Origin: Eledone cirrhosa
Lineage: Eukaryota
DNA length: 64,000 nt
Reading direction: 5' to 3'
Assembly: GCA_964016885.1 (NCBI GenBank)
Contig: OZ024746.1
Location: forward strand, 74,710,001-74,774,000
Below, one piece after another: positions 39,626-52,305 of this stretch. How positions within the stretch are numbered: position 1 is the first letter of the stretch; the number at the start of each line of letters is the position of its first letter. The position numbers were made by a program, and so were the translations under genes. The notes below the pieces were generated by a model. It did no database searches, was not told where the DNA came from, and saw nothing but the letters and a program-made list of their open reading frames with translations.

Positions 39626-39812
39626 TAACTGTTTCTACTTTTGGCACAAGGCCAGCAATTATCCCAGTGCATTACTGGTACTTTATTTTATCGACCCCGT
39701 AAGGATGAAAGGCAAAGTTAACCTCGGTGGGATTTGAATTCAGACCGTAAAGGGGCATAACTCTATGCTGAAAAGTATGGCGCCCGACCCTCTACCGATA
39801 CTGCCAATCCAC
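39626..39812 (-). mobile_element. tRNA-derived SINE
   Basis: Same family consensus on the minus strand. Confidence 0.85.
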
Positions 39813-40165
39813 TAACGCCAGACATTTGCAAGTTTAGCTCCAGCTGCTGTTGGTAGTATTAATTTTCAGGCGCCTGCACTGGGACAGTGTAAAATGAAAT
39901 GTCTCACTCAAACATATGATATGCCCCCGGCCTGAGTTTAGAACCTTTATTATAATCATGAGGCCAACACCTTATCCATTAGGTTACGTGCTTTCATATA
40001 CATTTTTATGTTCTGAATATATGAAACACGTTCTGTTCTTCGACACTGCCATTCCAGTTATCTATGAAATTTTATATTTCAACATCCCAGCCGTGATTAT
40101 CTCTTTCTTTTTTTTCTTTACTGTAACTACAATATCCACTATATATATGTCCATTATTATATCTT

Positions 40166-41066
40166 GGGGCGGTGAATTGGCAGTATCGGTAGAGGGTCGG
40201 ACGCCATGCTTTGACGCATAGAGTTACGGCCCTTGCCATTCTGAGTTCAAATCCCGCCGAGGTTAACTTTGCCTTTCATCCTTACGGGGTCGATAAAATA
40301 AAGTACCATGCGCAGAGTGTAGGAAAGGCGTAGGTAGAAATTCCATTTTGTGACCCAAATGCAAAGTTTGGGTGCATAAAAGATGTAGTGGGATCACAGG
40401 TAAGCTAACTAAGAACATAGATTTTACATGTGGCCGGTGTTCTGGGGCAATAAGTAGCAGCAAGTGCCCACAAAAATACTAGCTCTTTCAACTGCGCAGA
40501 GGGTTCTATAGAAATAGTCGACAGCTTCCGTTACCTGGGTGACAAAATCAGCAGTGGGGGAGGGTGCTCTGAAAGTACAGTAGCTAGAGTCAGAACTGGG
40601 TGGAAAAAGTTCAGAGAGCTTATACCACTATTAGCCGCTAAAGGGTTCTCCCTAAAAATGAAAGGCAGGTTGTACGATGCCTGCATACGAACAGCAATGT
40701 TGCATGGCAGTGAGACCTGGGCATTGTGTGCAGAGGATATACGCAGGCTAGAGAGAAACGAAGCTTGCATGCTCCGCTGGATGTGTAATAGTAATATACG
40801 TGAACGACAAAGCATAAACGAACTAAGGAAAAAATTAGAAATAAGAGGGATCAGATGTTGTTTACTCGAGAGAAGGCTACGTTGGTATGGTCACGTGATG
40901 CGCATGAAGGACGATAGCTGTATAACAAAGTGCAGGGCAATAAAGATAGACGGTAGCCACGGAATAGACAGACCCAGAAAAACCTGGGACGAGCTGATAA
41001 ACTCCGACATCACACACTTACACCTCACCAAGACAATGTCACTGGACCGTGCCAATAGTAGAAACA
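40166..41066 (+). mobile_element. Chimeric SINE(5')-RTE LINE fragment-SINE(3') retrocopy
   Basis: SINE head and core at 40166-40308, LINE coding fragment at ~40306-41050, SINE tail GTGCCAATAGTAGAAACA at 41049-41066. The TSD ATTATTATATCTT lies at 40153-40165 and 41067-41079. Confidence 0.85.
40306..41050 (+). pseudogene. RTE-clade LINE RT C-terminal fragment with PHD-like finger (one stop, one frameshift)
   Basis: PCAECRKGVGRNSIL*PKCKVWVHKRCSG...FTCGRC, then EIVDSFRYLGD..GGG...ARVRTGWKKFREL..L..KGFSLKMKGRLYDAC..TAMLHGSETW...RLRWYGHVMR...RPRKTW. Confidence 0.9.
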
Positions 41067-41299
41067 ATTATTATATCTTAGGATGTGATTTGGCTGCTAT
41101 TTCTAGCAATTTGACCATTCACGTACAGGCTCTCTCATTAGCTTGTTCTATTTCAGTAAATTGTTACTGCGTATTATTTAGCTGTTTGTTTTACAATGCA
41201 AGTAGATTAACAAGATTTGGCGACAAATTGTGTCATCGTGTGTAGGGTAATGACTTGATAGAAATGGACGGACTAATTGAATTATTAATTTGCTACATT

Positions 41300-42445
41300 G
41301 CGGTAGATTGACAGAATCGTTAGAACATCATGTTGAATCATTTGCAGTATTCGTTCTAACTTACTGCGCTTCAAGTAGTTCGAATCCTGCCAAGGTCAAC
41401 TTTACTTTTCATCCCTTCCGAGGCCGGACATATCAGTTAAGTATAGCAGTAGGATGATATAATCAACTCTCCCTTTCTTTCCTTCCTCGTTGTTACAAAA
41501 TTGAAAATCATTTTAAGGGCGGCGGTGGATTGGCAGTATCGGAAGAGGGTCGGACACCATGCTTTGCAGTATAGAGTTACGTCCCTTTTTTATGGTCTGA
41601 GTTCAAATCCCGCCGAGGTTAACTTTGCCTTTCATCATTACGGGGTCGATAAAATAAATACCAGTAATGCACTGGAATAATTGCTGGCCTTGTGCCAAAA
41701 GTAGAAACAATTATTATTATTAAGGGCGGTGGATTGGCAGTATCGGTAGAGGGTCGGGCACCATACTTTGCAGTATAGAGTTACGGCCCTTTATGGTCTG
41801 AGTTCAAATCCCGCCGAGGTTAACTTTGCTTTCATAATTACGGGGTCGATAAAATAAAGTACCAGTCACGCACTGGGGTCGATTTAATCGACTCCCCCCT
41901 CCTCCAAAATTACTAGCCTTGTTCCTATATAGAAATCATTAAAGTACCAGAAATACACTGGGGTAATTGCTGGCCTTGTGCCAAAAGTAGAAACCATTAG
42001 TGGATTGGCAGTATCGGTAGAGGGTCGGACGCCATGCTTTCCAGCATAGTTACGTCCCTTTACGATCTGAGTTCAAATCCGGCCGAGGTTGACTTTGCCT
42101 TTCATCCTTACGGGGTAGATAAAATAAAGTACCAGTAATTATACCGGGTAATTGCTGGCCTTGTGCCAAAAAGTAGAAACAATTATTGTTACTGTAAATA
42201 ATATCTTGTCTACTAATTATTTAGTTGTTTCCAAGGTTGCAGCACTGGCAGAATCGTTAGAGCGTCCGACAAATACTCGGTGGTATTTGATTTAAGGCGC
42301 TTTATGTTTCCAGTGAAATCCAGTTGAGGTCAACTTTATCTTTCATCTTTCTGGGGTCGATAAAACAAAGTACCAGTCAAGTAATCGACATTCCTTCCCC
42401 TAACACAAATTACTGGCTTTGTGTCCCTTAATTAGAAACGATTAT
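41300..42445 (+). mobile_element. Head-to-tail cluster of SINE copies
   Basis: Young copies at 41516-41712, 41722-41938 (longer tail variant), 41941-41998 (tail only) and 42000-42184. Older diverged copies lie at ~41300-41510 and ~42235-42445. All are on the same strand. Confidence 0.85.
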
Positions 42446-42799
42446 TAGCTTGTTACAAAAACTATACGAATGAATAAGTAAAGGGTAACAGCAGAGAAAG
42501 AAAGAAGAGGAGAACATGTGAAACAGAATAAAAAACCATGATAGAAATGTGTTGTTTGTTGCATGTTACACAGATTATTATTGTTATCAACCATAATGAT
42601 ACACCGTGTCTGTTTGTGTGTATGTATATATATATATATATACACACACAAACAAACACACACATATATATATATATATATGCATCTGTGAAACGATATC
42701 GTACTGGAGTTGAGATTTTCACTTTTATCTCTACCAAAGCAACTGCTATTAACTACCACTTGGCCGGAGAACGTTTACTTAATACCAGTGATCTTCGTT

Positions 42800-42873
<74 letters not shown>

Positions 42874-42960
42874 AGGGCGGTGCCCCAGCATGGCCTCAGC
42901 CGGATGGCTGAAACAGGTAAAAGAGTAAAAGAGTATATATATATATATATATATATATAT

Positions 42961-43134
42961 CACCGTATTTTTTACTAAAGAAATTTTACACTGATAATGG
43001 GGTTTAGAACCCTCAGATAAATGGAAGAAGATGAGTATTGATGTACATGTACATCAATACTCATCTTTTTCCATTTATCTGAGGGTTCTAAACACCATTA
43101 GCAGGCTAACATTTCTTTAGTCAAAAACACGGTG
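42961..43134. repeat. Spacer-less 174-bp palindrome (87-bp arms) between (TA)n tracts
   Basis: The centre is ATGTACA|TGTACAT at 43047/43048, and the ends are CACCGT...ACGGTG, with a few mismatches. Confidence 0.9.
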
Positions 43135-43193
43135 AAAGCTATTCTATTTTCTAATTTCAAACCTGCTCACTGTTTCAAAACATACTTACTCGT

Positions 43194-43270
<77 letters not shown>

Positions 43271-43273
<3 letters not shown>

Positions 43274-43370
43274 TCCCCTTGCATTGAACCACAAAGTTAC
43301 TAAGACAAAACCTATATATTTGCTTGCATAGGTATACATCTGTATATATATGTTGGTAGATATACTAATT

Positions 43371-43404
<34 letters not shown>

Positions 43405-43584
43405 AATTAGTATATCTACCAACATATATATACAGATGTATACCTATGCAAGCAAATATATAGGTTTTGTCTTAGTAACTTTGTGGTTCAATGCAAGGGG
43501 ATGCAGAACAATTATATGAAATTATATTTGCTTGCATAGGTATACATCTGTATATATATGTTGGTAGATATACTAATTCTTTAT
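43271..43584. repeat. Perfect 234-bp palindrome centred on (AT)13, plus a third direct copy of ~60 bp
   Basis: 43271-43374 is the reverse complement of 43401-43504. TATATTTGCTTGCATAGG...AATTCTTTA recurs at 43523-43584. Confidence 0.9.
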
Positions 43585-43860
43585 AATTATCTCCAAATTA
43601 TTTTGTTGAGCAAAAATTTGCCAAAATTACTACTATAGTTCATAGTAACAGCTTGGCTACTGTCTTTTTAACACCCCCATTCCTCACTGATTAACCTCGA
43701 TGTCACGTGATTGATTCTTTTGAATTTGCCACCGAACAAGAAGGCAGTGATTTTTTTCAGTGTCTTGGAATTTAGTCCCCGCTTGCTCTTTTCCATCCAC
43801 TGAATATTTTTGTATAAGTTCCCTGTGTCCGCGCATCGCCAGGTTTCTTAGCTGAGAATG

Positions 43861-43943
43861 ACTCCCTGATGACGAAAAGGTTTCTCCATGGTGTCCAGTT
43901 GGAGACTATGTATATTCCCTTTCAGAAACTAATTAGTTGGAGT
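43861..43943 (+). ncRNA. Minimal type I hammerhead ribozyme with palindromic helix III
   Basis: ACTCC CTGATGA C GAAAAGG..TCTCCA..TGGAGA..CCCTTTC A GAAA CTAATTAG TT GGAGT. Helix I ACTCC/GGAGT is perfect, CTAATTAG is a palindrome, and the site is GUU. (TA)n starts about 50 nt downstream. Confidence 0.85.
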
Positions 43944-44008
43944 GAAATTTAAGTAAGTAAGCTAATTACTATAATTTTCTTATTTTACGTTTTTCATATA
44001 TATATATA

Positions 44009-44086
44009 CAGGGTCTCCCCAAAAATGTATACACTCTTTTATTAGAATGCTGTTGAAATATGTATACATTTTGAAGGGACACCGTG
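44009..44086. mobile_element. 78-bp Tc1/mariner-type MITE
   Basis: Imperfect TIRs CAGGGTCTCCCCAAAAATGTATACA / TGTATACATTTTGAAGGGACACCGTG, flanked by TA on both sides. Confidence 0.65.
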
Positions 44087-44344
44087 TATATATAGTTCAC
44101 AATGTATAGCCTATCAAGGTCATGCTGATACAATAATTTTGAACCCGGGTTCCAACGCTACATTTACATCTGCAAAAAGTTATTTCACCAGAGTTACGCA
44201 TTTAATACTCTATATCATTTGTACATATATACTGAATATTTAATATAATTATGTCCTAGAAATAAGTTATTAAATTATCATCCTTATTTTTAATCAGTTT
44301 CATGTATCACTAGTACTCAACATAAACAGTGAGGTTTATTAGGT

Positions 44345-44468
44345 CTTCTTCTTCTTCTTCTTCTTCTTCTTCTTCTTCTTCTTCTTCTTCTTCTTCTTCT
44401 TCTTCTTCTTCTTCTTCTTCTTCTTCTTCTTCTTCTTCTTCTTCTTCTTCTTCTTCTTCTTCTTCTTC
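44345..44468. repeat. (TTC)n microsatellite
   Basis: Direct reading. (GAA)n also occurs at 51708-51823 and (TTC)n at 54068-54133. Confidence 0.95.
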
Positions 44469-44620
44469 GATGTGGTCTCTCAATTCGGTGAAGTAGCGAC
44501 TCTACCTGGAGCGATTCCCTGATCTCCAAGCTAGGCGCCATCGAGTAACGTTACTCAAAAGGCCCTGCGAGACGAGTTTGACTTTTACACCTAACTTCCT
44601 GCTTCTGACGATTGAATACT
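44469..44620 (-). pseudogene. RTE-type LINE fragment abutting a (GAA)n tract
   Basis: SLEIRESLQVESLLHRIER matches the region that precedes QLRWFGH; it is related to 4920-5280. Confidence 0.55.
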
Positions 44621-44819
44621 GAATTTGGCGCATTACTGCATCTGCTCCAGCAATTATTGCATTTAATTCAGTCTCAGCAATTATTGCATTTAATTCATCA
44701 CTCGTGAACAGGGTCACGAGATACTTTAACTACTCTATATAAACCTCTGTCGCCACTCTACTTAGCTTATCTATTTACCTTATCTACTATGGTTACCTTC
44801 GATTCTACTCGGGATCAAT

Positions 44820-44884
<65 letters not shown>

Positions 44885-44925
44885 TGTAATAAACAACATA
44901 AGGCAATTATTCCAATTATTCCTTC

Positions 44926-44959
<34 letters not shown>

Positions 44960-44964
44960 CTGGT

Positions 44965-45004
44965 CCGAGCTGAGGATCCGCTAAGGTGAAACAATTGTTC
45001 TCGG
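44965..45004 (+). ncRNA. Minimal 40-nt type I hammerhead ribozyme
   Basis: CCGAG CTGAGGA T CC GCTAA GG T GAAA CAATTG TT CTCGG. Perfect 5-bp helix I, palindromic CAATTG and a GUU site, in a ~145 bp island between (TA)n and (CT)n(TA)n. Confidence 0.85.
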
Positions 45005-45098
45005 TATGGTGAACTAACTGTTGTGTTACCACTTCTACCTAACTCCTCCCATGGACTGAGTGCTCTACCACTACGGATATTACCTTCCAGTGTTCTAC

Positions 45099-45257
<159 letters not shown>

Positions 45258-45440
45258 TGATCTATTTTTAGAAACTTTGAGCGTATAAGTTTTTATTGAG
45301 AATTTATGAATAAAATTATCTGAAATACAAGGCATGCATAAATACACTTCATGCACGAAACTGGACGCGAGCAGGAGGCTGACGAGGTGGAGATGCAGTT
45401 ATCTATTCATCTGATGTAACTGCTTTTCTGCTGACACTAC

Positions 45441-45556
<116 letters not shown>

Positions 45557-45568
45557 CATGTGTTGTGA

Positions 45569-45648
<80 letters not shown>

Positions 45649-48614
45649 ATACAGAAAGATAGACTGATATAATGTAGATATGGAAAACTTAATTACTCTC
45701 ACTTCGAGATGTTTGCTTCGAAATAACCATCATGCATATGTATTGGAGTGTGTATGTGTGTATGTGTATATTATTGCACATGTATGTATGTGCGTGTGTG
45801 TATTTTTGTATGTATATATGTATAGGTTTGTGAGTGCTCATATGCATGCGAATGTTTAGTTGGAAGTTTCAGAGGAAAAACAAATAATGTGTATTGATAT
45901 ACTATATTGACTAGCCTCAACTAATTCCCATTTACAACTAGAGACGAATTAGAGATTAGATTAGAGTTACACAGAGCTTCTACGTGTGTTTATATCCACA
46001 CCGTTTCCTTGGTAACCTGACAAGGACTTAATGATTTATAACTGGGCCTCCTACGTCATTGCCATATCTACTTTTGATATCTCTGCAGATAGCAATAGCT
46101 GTACAAGTTTGATAAAAGAACTATAATACCCACGTATCAATCGAATATATCTACAACGATCTGTCGATGTCTATCTCTTTTCAGTATCTTGACTAAATCA
46201 ATTATTTTGTCCTGGGAACTACAAAAATATCTCTAATGTTTGCAATAGAAATCTCTTTTGCCTCATTTATCAATCTTCTCGAAATCATATCTGCTTATAT
46301 TTATCCACGTTCGCCTGCGCTTTCTTTCCAACAACTTTTTATCTCATCTCTCTACTATATAACAGAATTTCCAATAAGTACGCAACCAAAATCCTAATTT
46401 TTCTGATTTATTATCTAAGCTTCCACCCACCCAAACAACCCACTGAGGTTTCCTTTGTCGATATAACTTTTCAGAACTATCAGCTTCATTGTTTGTTGTT
46501 CTTATGCTTCCTGTCTACGAATATAATCAACCAAGTGAAATTTATTTGGTCTTTTCCAGTTTATATAATTTGCTACATATATCATACGATACTATTTTGA
46601 CTAACTATTCCGCAATTCATGTCTGTCATCAAATACTATTTTCGATTTACGAAATACACTTTAACTAATATCATAATATTGTGTAAAATTCATAACAAAT
46701 TATGGTATTCTGGTCACTTCGTATGTTTATGATGTCATAGATGTCTCAATGTTGACCTAATCTATTTAGAGGATTGGGATCTGCTCCCCATGAAACAATT
46801 CTATTACAAACGTTTAAACTCATTAACTTCAGCTGCTGAAACATGCGTGTACAGTACCCCCACTGCTTATAGCGAAAAACTGTATCACCATATACTAATT
46901 ATTTAATTTCGACTGGGCAGAGAGCTATGATAAATTGTACTCTCTCACAAGCAGGCGTGCGCATATAGTATATTTATGATTGAAAATAGTGATAAAGGAA
47001 ACCACTATTATATATTGTAACCCTTGCACGTTGTTATTTTTGTTATTTTTGTTGATTATTAGAATTTTTATAACATCAGCCAAAATGGTTTTCGGTTTTT
47101 GTTCCAGTTCTTTATCTCGTCAAGATAAACTTAGTCTTTCATTTTTCGGAGTCATTAGAATGAAGTTCTATTCAAATATTGGGGTTAATTTAATTGACTG
47201 TTTTCATCCTTCATCCAAATGTTTTTAATTGTTGGTTTCGTGTCTAAATTACAAACTATTATACTTGTTAATACAGAACCCTGATGGAGCAGAGTATCAG
47301 AGCTAGGATTAAATACATTCTAGCTGTAACAAACCTATCTTGTGAAGCATTGGACAACGTTGTCTAACATACTTGTTCCTTTTAAAGACACTAGTATAAT
47401 TTGATGATGATTAAGATACTATTTGCAAAATTCCCAGAATCGTTAGAGCGTTGAAAATGTGTAATTGTTGTGTGGGATAAAATATATATGTCTGTAGCGA
47501 ATGTAAACTCGGGTCTAAGTTCTCATGTCAAACATTTCACGCATTCGGTTATTTTAATACAGAATATTTAAGAGATTCTGTCCGTATAATTAGTATATTC
47601 TTCAAATCTATATCGTATACTATCATTATAAAATGAAATTTGAATATTGTAGTCATAGATACGCTATTGTTCGTAAAAATGGAAATAATGTCTAAAGGAA
47701 ACAGTGTTGATCATAAATCTATACAATCAGATCAGAAATGAATTAGTGCTAAACAACAACTCATCCGCTCTTTGTGTGTTGGCCCTCAGTCGGTTCGAAC
47801 AGTGTATATTCCACTTATTCGATCAATGAAACAGCCTGAGACTTTCAAACATGTGTACCCGTAACGTAGTTCTCACGGGGATTCAGCGTGATAGTGTGTG
47901 TGAAAAGGCAGATCTTATTTATATTACAATCGTGAACTTAACACTCTAAATACTAAACCATGTGCTTTTACAGTGATAACTAACAACACCTAGAAACCAC
48001 CCAAGCAACATATCAAAATCATTGCATTTATATTGAGTGAGTTGGGTAATTTCCCCTTTCTTACTGAAGTGAGACATGTATCTCTTTGATTAATAGATGA
48101 ACCGCCACCTACGTAGTTATAAACTTGATAGCTGTCTTATTTGTTATATAGTTAGTAGCTGGTAGTGGAATAGATCGACATGATTAGAAGATAGTCGATA
48201 GTTAAGTTTCCATGGAGACTCCAGTAGCAGTTGAATGCTTAGTGAACTGGCAGGTGAGTGCTGTAAGTTTCAGTATAAGTTCACTAAGTTTAGTATGTCG
48301 ATAAGTTAGACTTCATAGATGACAAAAATGATTTGGTTTTGAATAAAGTTAAAGAAATGTCCATAATTTTGCTTTGTTTTATATATTTTCTATGGCTTGT
48401 TTAGAGAAAAGGGGACATTTTTTTGAGGTCGTTAGAGCATTGAATAAAGTATCTTACCGGATTTGTTCCGGCTATCTGTGATCTCCGCTCAAATTCCAGA
48501 GAAGTCAGCTTTGGCTTTTATCCTTTTAGAGTCGATAACTAATGTACCAGTAAAGTACTGCTTGGTTTTTTTCTCATTCTCTCTTTCTCTTTATCCCTCT
48601 CTTTCTCTCACCCC

Positions 48615-48678
<64 letters not shown>

Positions 48679-48967
48679 GTGTATGTGTCCCGGGTTCAAT
48701 CGGGGGTAACCACAGTAAGTAAGGTACTCAATATATAGCAGAGTATAAATGTTTAATATAGAAATGGCTTCTACAGGACTACACATTCACTTTCTCTCAG
48801 AATGAGGGAAAGACGTAGTAAACCTCTAATTGTATAACATCTCTCAAGAACGGCAATTGCTGCCATACTATTGTAGACGCTCTGGTAGAGTACGGCATAG
48901 GATGATGATAAATCAGAACGATGTGTAGCAAACATGACCTTTCTGGGCATCCAAAACTGTCTAGACA

Positions 48968-49135
48968 AGAATTTCGCAAACATTTTCAAACGCGGAACCC
49001 TTTTTGGTTCAGAAACTTTTTGGGGAACCCCAATGTCTAATACTCTTTTATGATCGTAATAGAAATATACTTCTCTACTTTTTTTTTACGGAACACCAGA
49101 CACTCCTTTGCGGAACCCACTTTGGGACCTACGGG
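48968..49135. mobile_element. Degenerate hAT (Charlie-like) MITE
   Basis: Repeated subterminal GCGGAACCC motifs, a CTTTGGGA.C end, and a GTCTAGA target-like flank. Confidence 0.4.
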
Positions 49136-49377
49136 TCGAGGGAATGAAAGTGGTTGTCATCAGACTGCAGACATGACTAGAATGCTTACAACAGCGTGAA
49201 TTCCGTTAAAGTTATGATACTTTTAAACCGAGCAACAGATTAAGCCTACCATACTCAAAGCATCTTCAAAATGTCACTCACAGAATTTTGGCTGATCAGT
49301 TTATATATATATATATATATATAAGTTTGTTTTTATATAACCCACACGGGTAAGAATATAAGAAGAAATTGAAAATG

Positions 49378-49443
<66 letters not shown>

Positions 49444-49877
49444 CTTCTTAAACACTTCAATTGCATTTTCAACTCATTTTCTTATATATATATATATGAA
49501 CGTCACCGAATTTACTTCACCGATGCTACTCATTCACTCAGTGAGCTAATAGGATAGCAGGTGAGATTTTGCAAGCTACTAGAGTTCACTCAATAGTTAA
49601 TCAGTAAATAAGATGGTAGTGTTGGGTAATGATACATCCATATCAAATTCTTAGATGGATTACATTTCTGCGCACCATTCTGTCTATAACAGTTATTATT
49701 AAATGTGTTATATGCAGAGAATTGCCTAATATCAGCAGATATTATGCAATCGGTCTACTCCGCTTCCTCAGCAGGATAGCCCATCGTATCTTCAAAGTGA
49801 ACACGTCTACACGTATGTGTGTGTGTTGTGTGTATATGTGTGTGGGTGTTTCTGTGAGTATGTGTAGTTTGGGTTAA

Positions 49878-50062
49878 TAACTGTTTCTCTTTTGGGAACA
49901 AGGCCAGCAATTCCCAGTACATTACTGGTACTTTATTTTATCGACCCCCGTAAGGATGAAAGGCAAAGTGAACCTCGGTGGTATTTGAACTCAGACGGTA
50001 AAGGGACGTAACTATGCTGGAAAGCATGGCGTGTGACTCTCTACCGATACTGCCAATCCACC
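49878..50062 (-). mobile_element. tRNA-derived SINE
   Basis: Same family consensus on the minus strand. Confidence 0.85.
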
Positions 50063-52120
50063 AATGTAAGGTTATATGTATGTGATGGTAAAGATGTATC
50101 TATGTGAATAGTATGGATCTTGAGATTGTTTTTGCAGTTTCTAAGTATGTAGAGTTGTGCCTACTTGCTTAATAAGGTAGAGTAGATTGACTATAGGGGT
50201 CAGTGTCCTATAATTATTAACATAGACGGCGCTGTACTCTGTCACTGTGATTTATGTAAGCCTCAATATTAACTTTTGAAGCTGGAGTGTTTTGAGCTTT
50301 TAATATCTGAGAGATATTTCAAAGTTTAAGCCATCGCTGATATCACAGTTAAACATCTTTATTGGTGGGGTTTACCTTAAAAGGACAAAGGACAGATACC
50401 ACTAAAATGTTACATTAATACAGCTCGCAAAGATTGATCTAGATATCATACTTCGATCTATACACTGGCATATGGTCGTTCAATCTACAAGATTTGTGGT
50501 TTCTGTATCGTTATGTCAAGTAGCTTTAGATTTGATATCAGGGCTCAGTAAACCGAAAGCTCAATTCGATATTTGTTTTATCAATGGAAAACATTTTATT
50601 TTACTTATAAGGATAATGTGCTTGAAAAAATCACAACTGGCACAATATCCTATATACATATACTTTATATCAGAACATTCTATACAAGTAACTAATGTTT
50701 TTAATGCATTAAGTTATTTTATTTTAAAAAGTTGTTTATAAAAAAAAAAAGACACTATTGAAGGGAACAAAAAGAAGGAAATGATAAGAGGAAAAAGAAA
50801 AAAGAATCAAGCAACGAAAGAAGGGGAGAGGGATAGGGACAAACACTACTTACTCCCTAGTAACTAGTTATAGTTTACTTGTGTAATTATGTTGGTGGGA
50901 ATTTCTCATTTTCCAAAAGAAACTAACCTGGGATATTGTATCACCACTAGTGTTATCAAAATTGCTTCTGTTGTTTGCATTGAGGGTTTCACTCAATGAA
51001 GGTGTTTGAAAGTGTTTACGCTAATCACCCATCTTCATCATCATCATTGGCTCTGTACCTCAGTTGAAGTTGTTTACCATCAGCTAAGCCTTCATCGAAC
51101 TTTCCGGTCGTAATCATCCCCGTTTAGAAGGGAGCAGTTTATAGGACAACATTATCTAGTGTCCTTTCCTTATTTAAGATAGTATGTTCTGGTGCGATTT
51201 GTTTTATAACATTTTTATATATTAGTGTATTTCATATGCTGTTTATAGAACCTATTTGCCTTTGCTCAAAATAGGTTCTGTTCAGTATAGCTATATTTAT
51301 GTATGTTTGTACATTTTATCGAAAGAAACGTACGGGGTCTTAACTAAAGCAACACGGCAGCTATTTATCTTGTGTATGTTTTCATATCTGATAACAAATA
51401 TATTTGATGGTGCGTTGGATATCCAGTTATGCTGTTCGTTAGATCTCAGATCATGCACTTTAATAATGCAACACGTCTAATGTGGGAAATTAGATAAGAT
51501 TTAGAACAAATTTAACAGGTTCAGCTTGTACGAATGTAGAGTAAGCCTGTCCGAATTGATAGACTGAATATCTGTATATCGACTGAAATATATTTGTTCA
51601 TTCCTAATGGGGTCATAGGAATACAGTCGCTATATACGCCATGTTTTGGAAATTTAAACCTGGCGAAGCCCTCCATCTCCACATTTGACTAGAGCCGAGT
51701 TCTTCCGAAGAAGAAGAAGAAGAAGAAGAAGAAGAAGAAGAAGAAGAAGAAGAAGAAGAAGAAGAAGAAGAAGAAGAAGAAGAAGAAGAAGAAGAAGAAG
51801 AAGAAGAAGAAGAAGAAGAAGAAACAACCTTAGTACAACCTTAGAATTGTACTTTATTTATCGACTTTGAAAGAACAAGCAAAGCAAAGTTTACCTCAGC
51901 GAGATTCAAACATAAAGTGCAAAATTCCGGAGCGAATATCATAAGCCATTTTCTACAACGGTGTAATAAGTCTTTCTCAATTGGTCACCGGTTGATAATT
52001 CTTCTATGCTTCATAATTCAAGGAAAGATGTTCAGTTTCACTTATATTTTTAATGCACTTGAGAAAAGCACGAATATCATAAATTCCTCCCTCTTAAATC
52101 TACACATTATTTACAGATAA

Positions 52121-52305
52121 GGGCGGTGAATTGGCAGTATCGGTAGAGGGTTGGACGCCATGCTTTCTGGCATAGTTACGTCCCTTTACAGTCTGAATTC
52201 AAATCCCGCCGAGGTTAACTTTGCCTTTCATCCTTACGGGGTCGATAAAATAAAGTACCAGTAATGTACTGGGTAATTGCTGGCCTTGTGCCTAAAGTAG
52301 AAACA
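52121..52305 (+). mobile_element. tRNA-derived SINE, full length
   Basis: A 15-bp TSD, ATTATTTAC(A/G)GATAA, lies at 52106-52120 and 52306-52320. Confidence 0.9.

Noticed and set aside
45379-45438. CTGACGA plus long hairpin plus GACA
   Set aside because: GAAA is mutated and there is no cleavage site or helix I; possible relic only.
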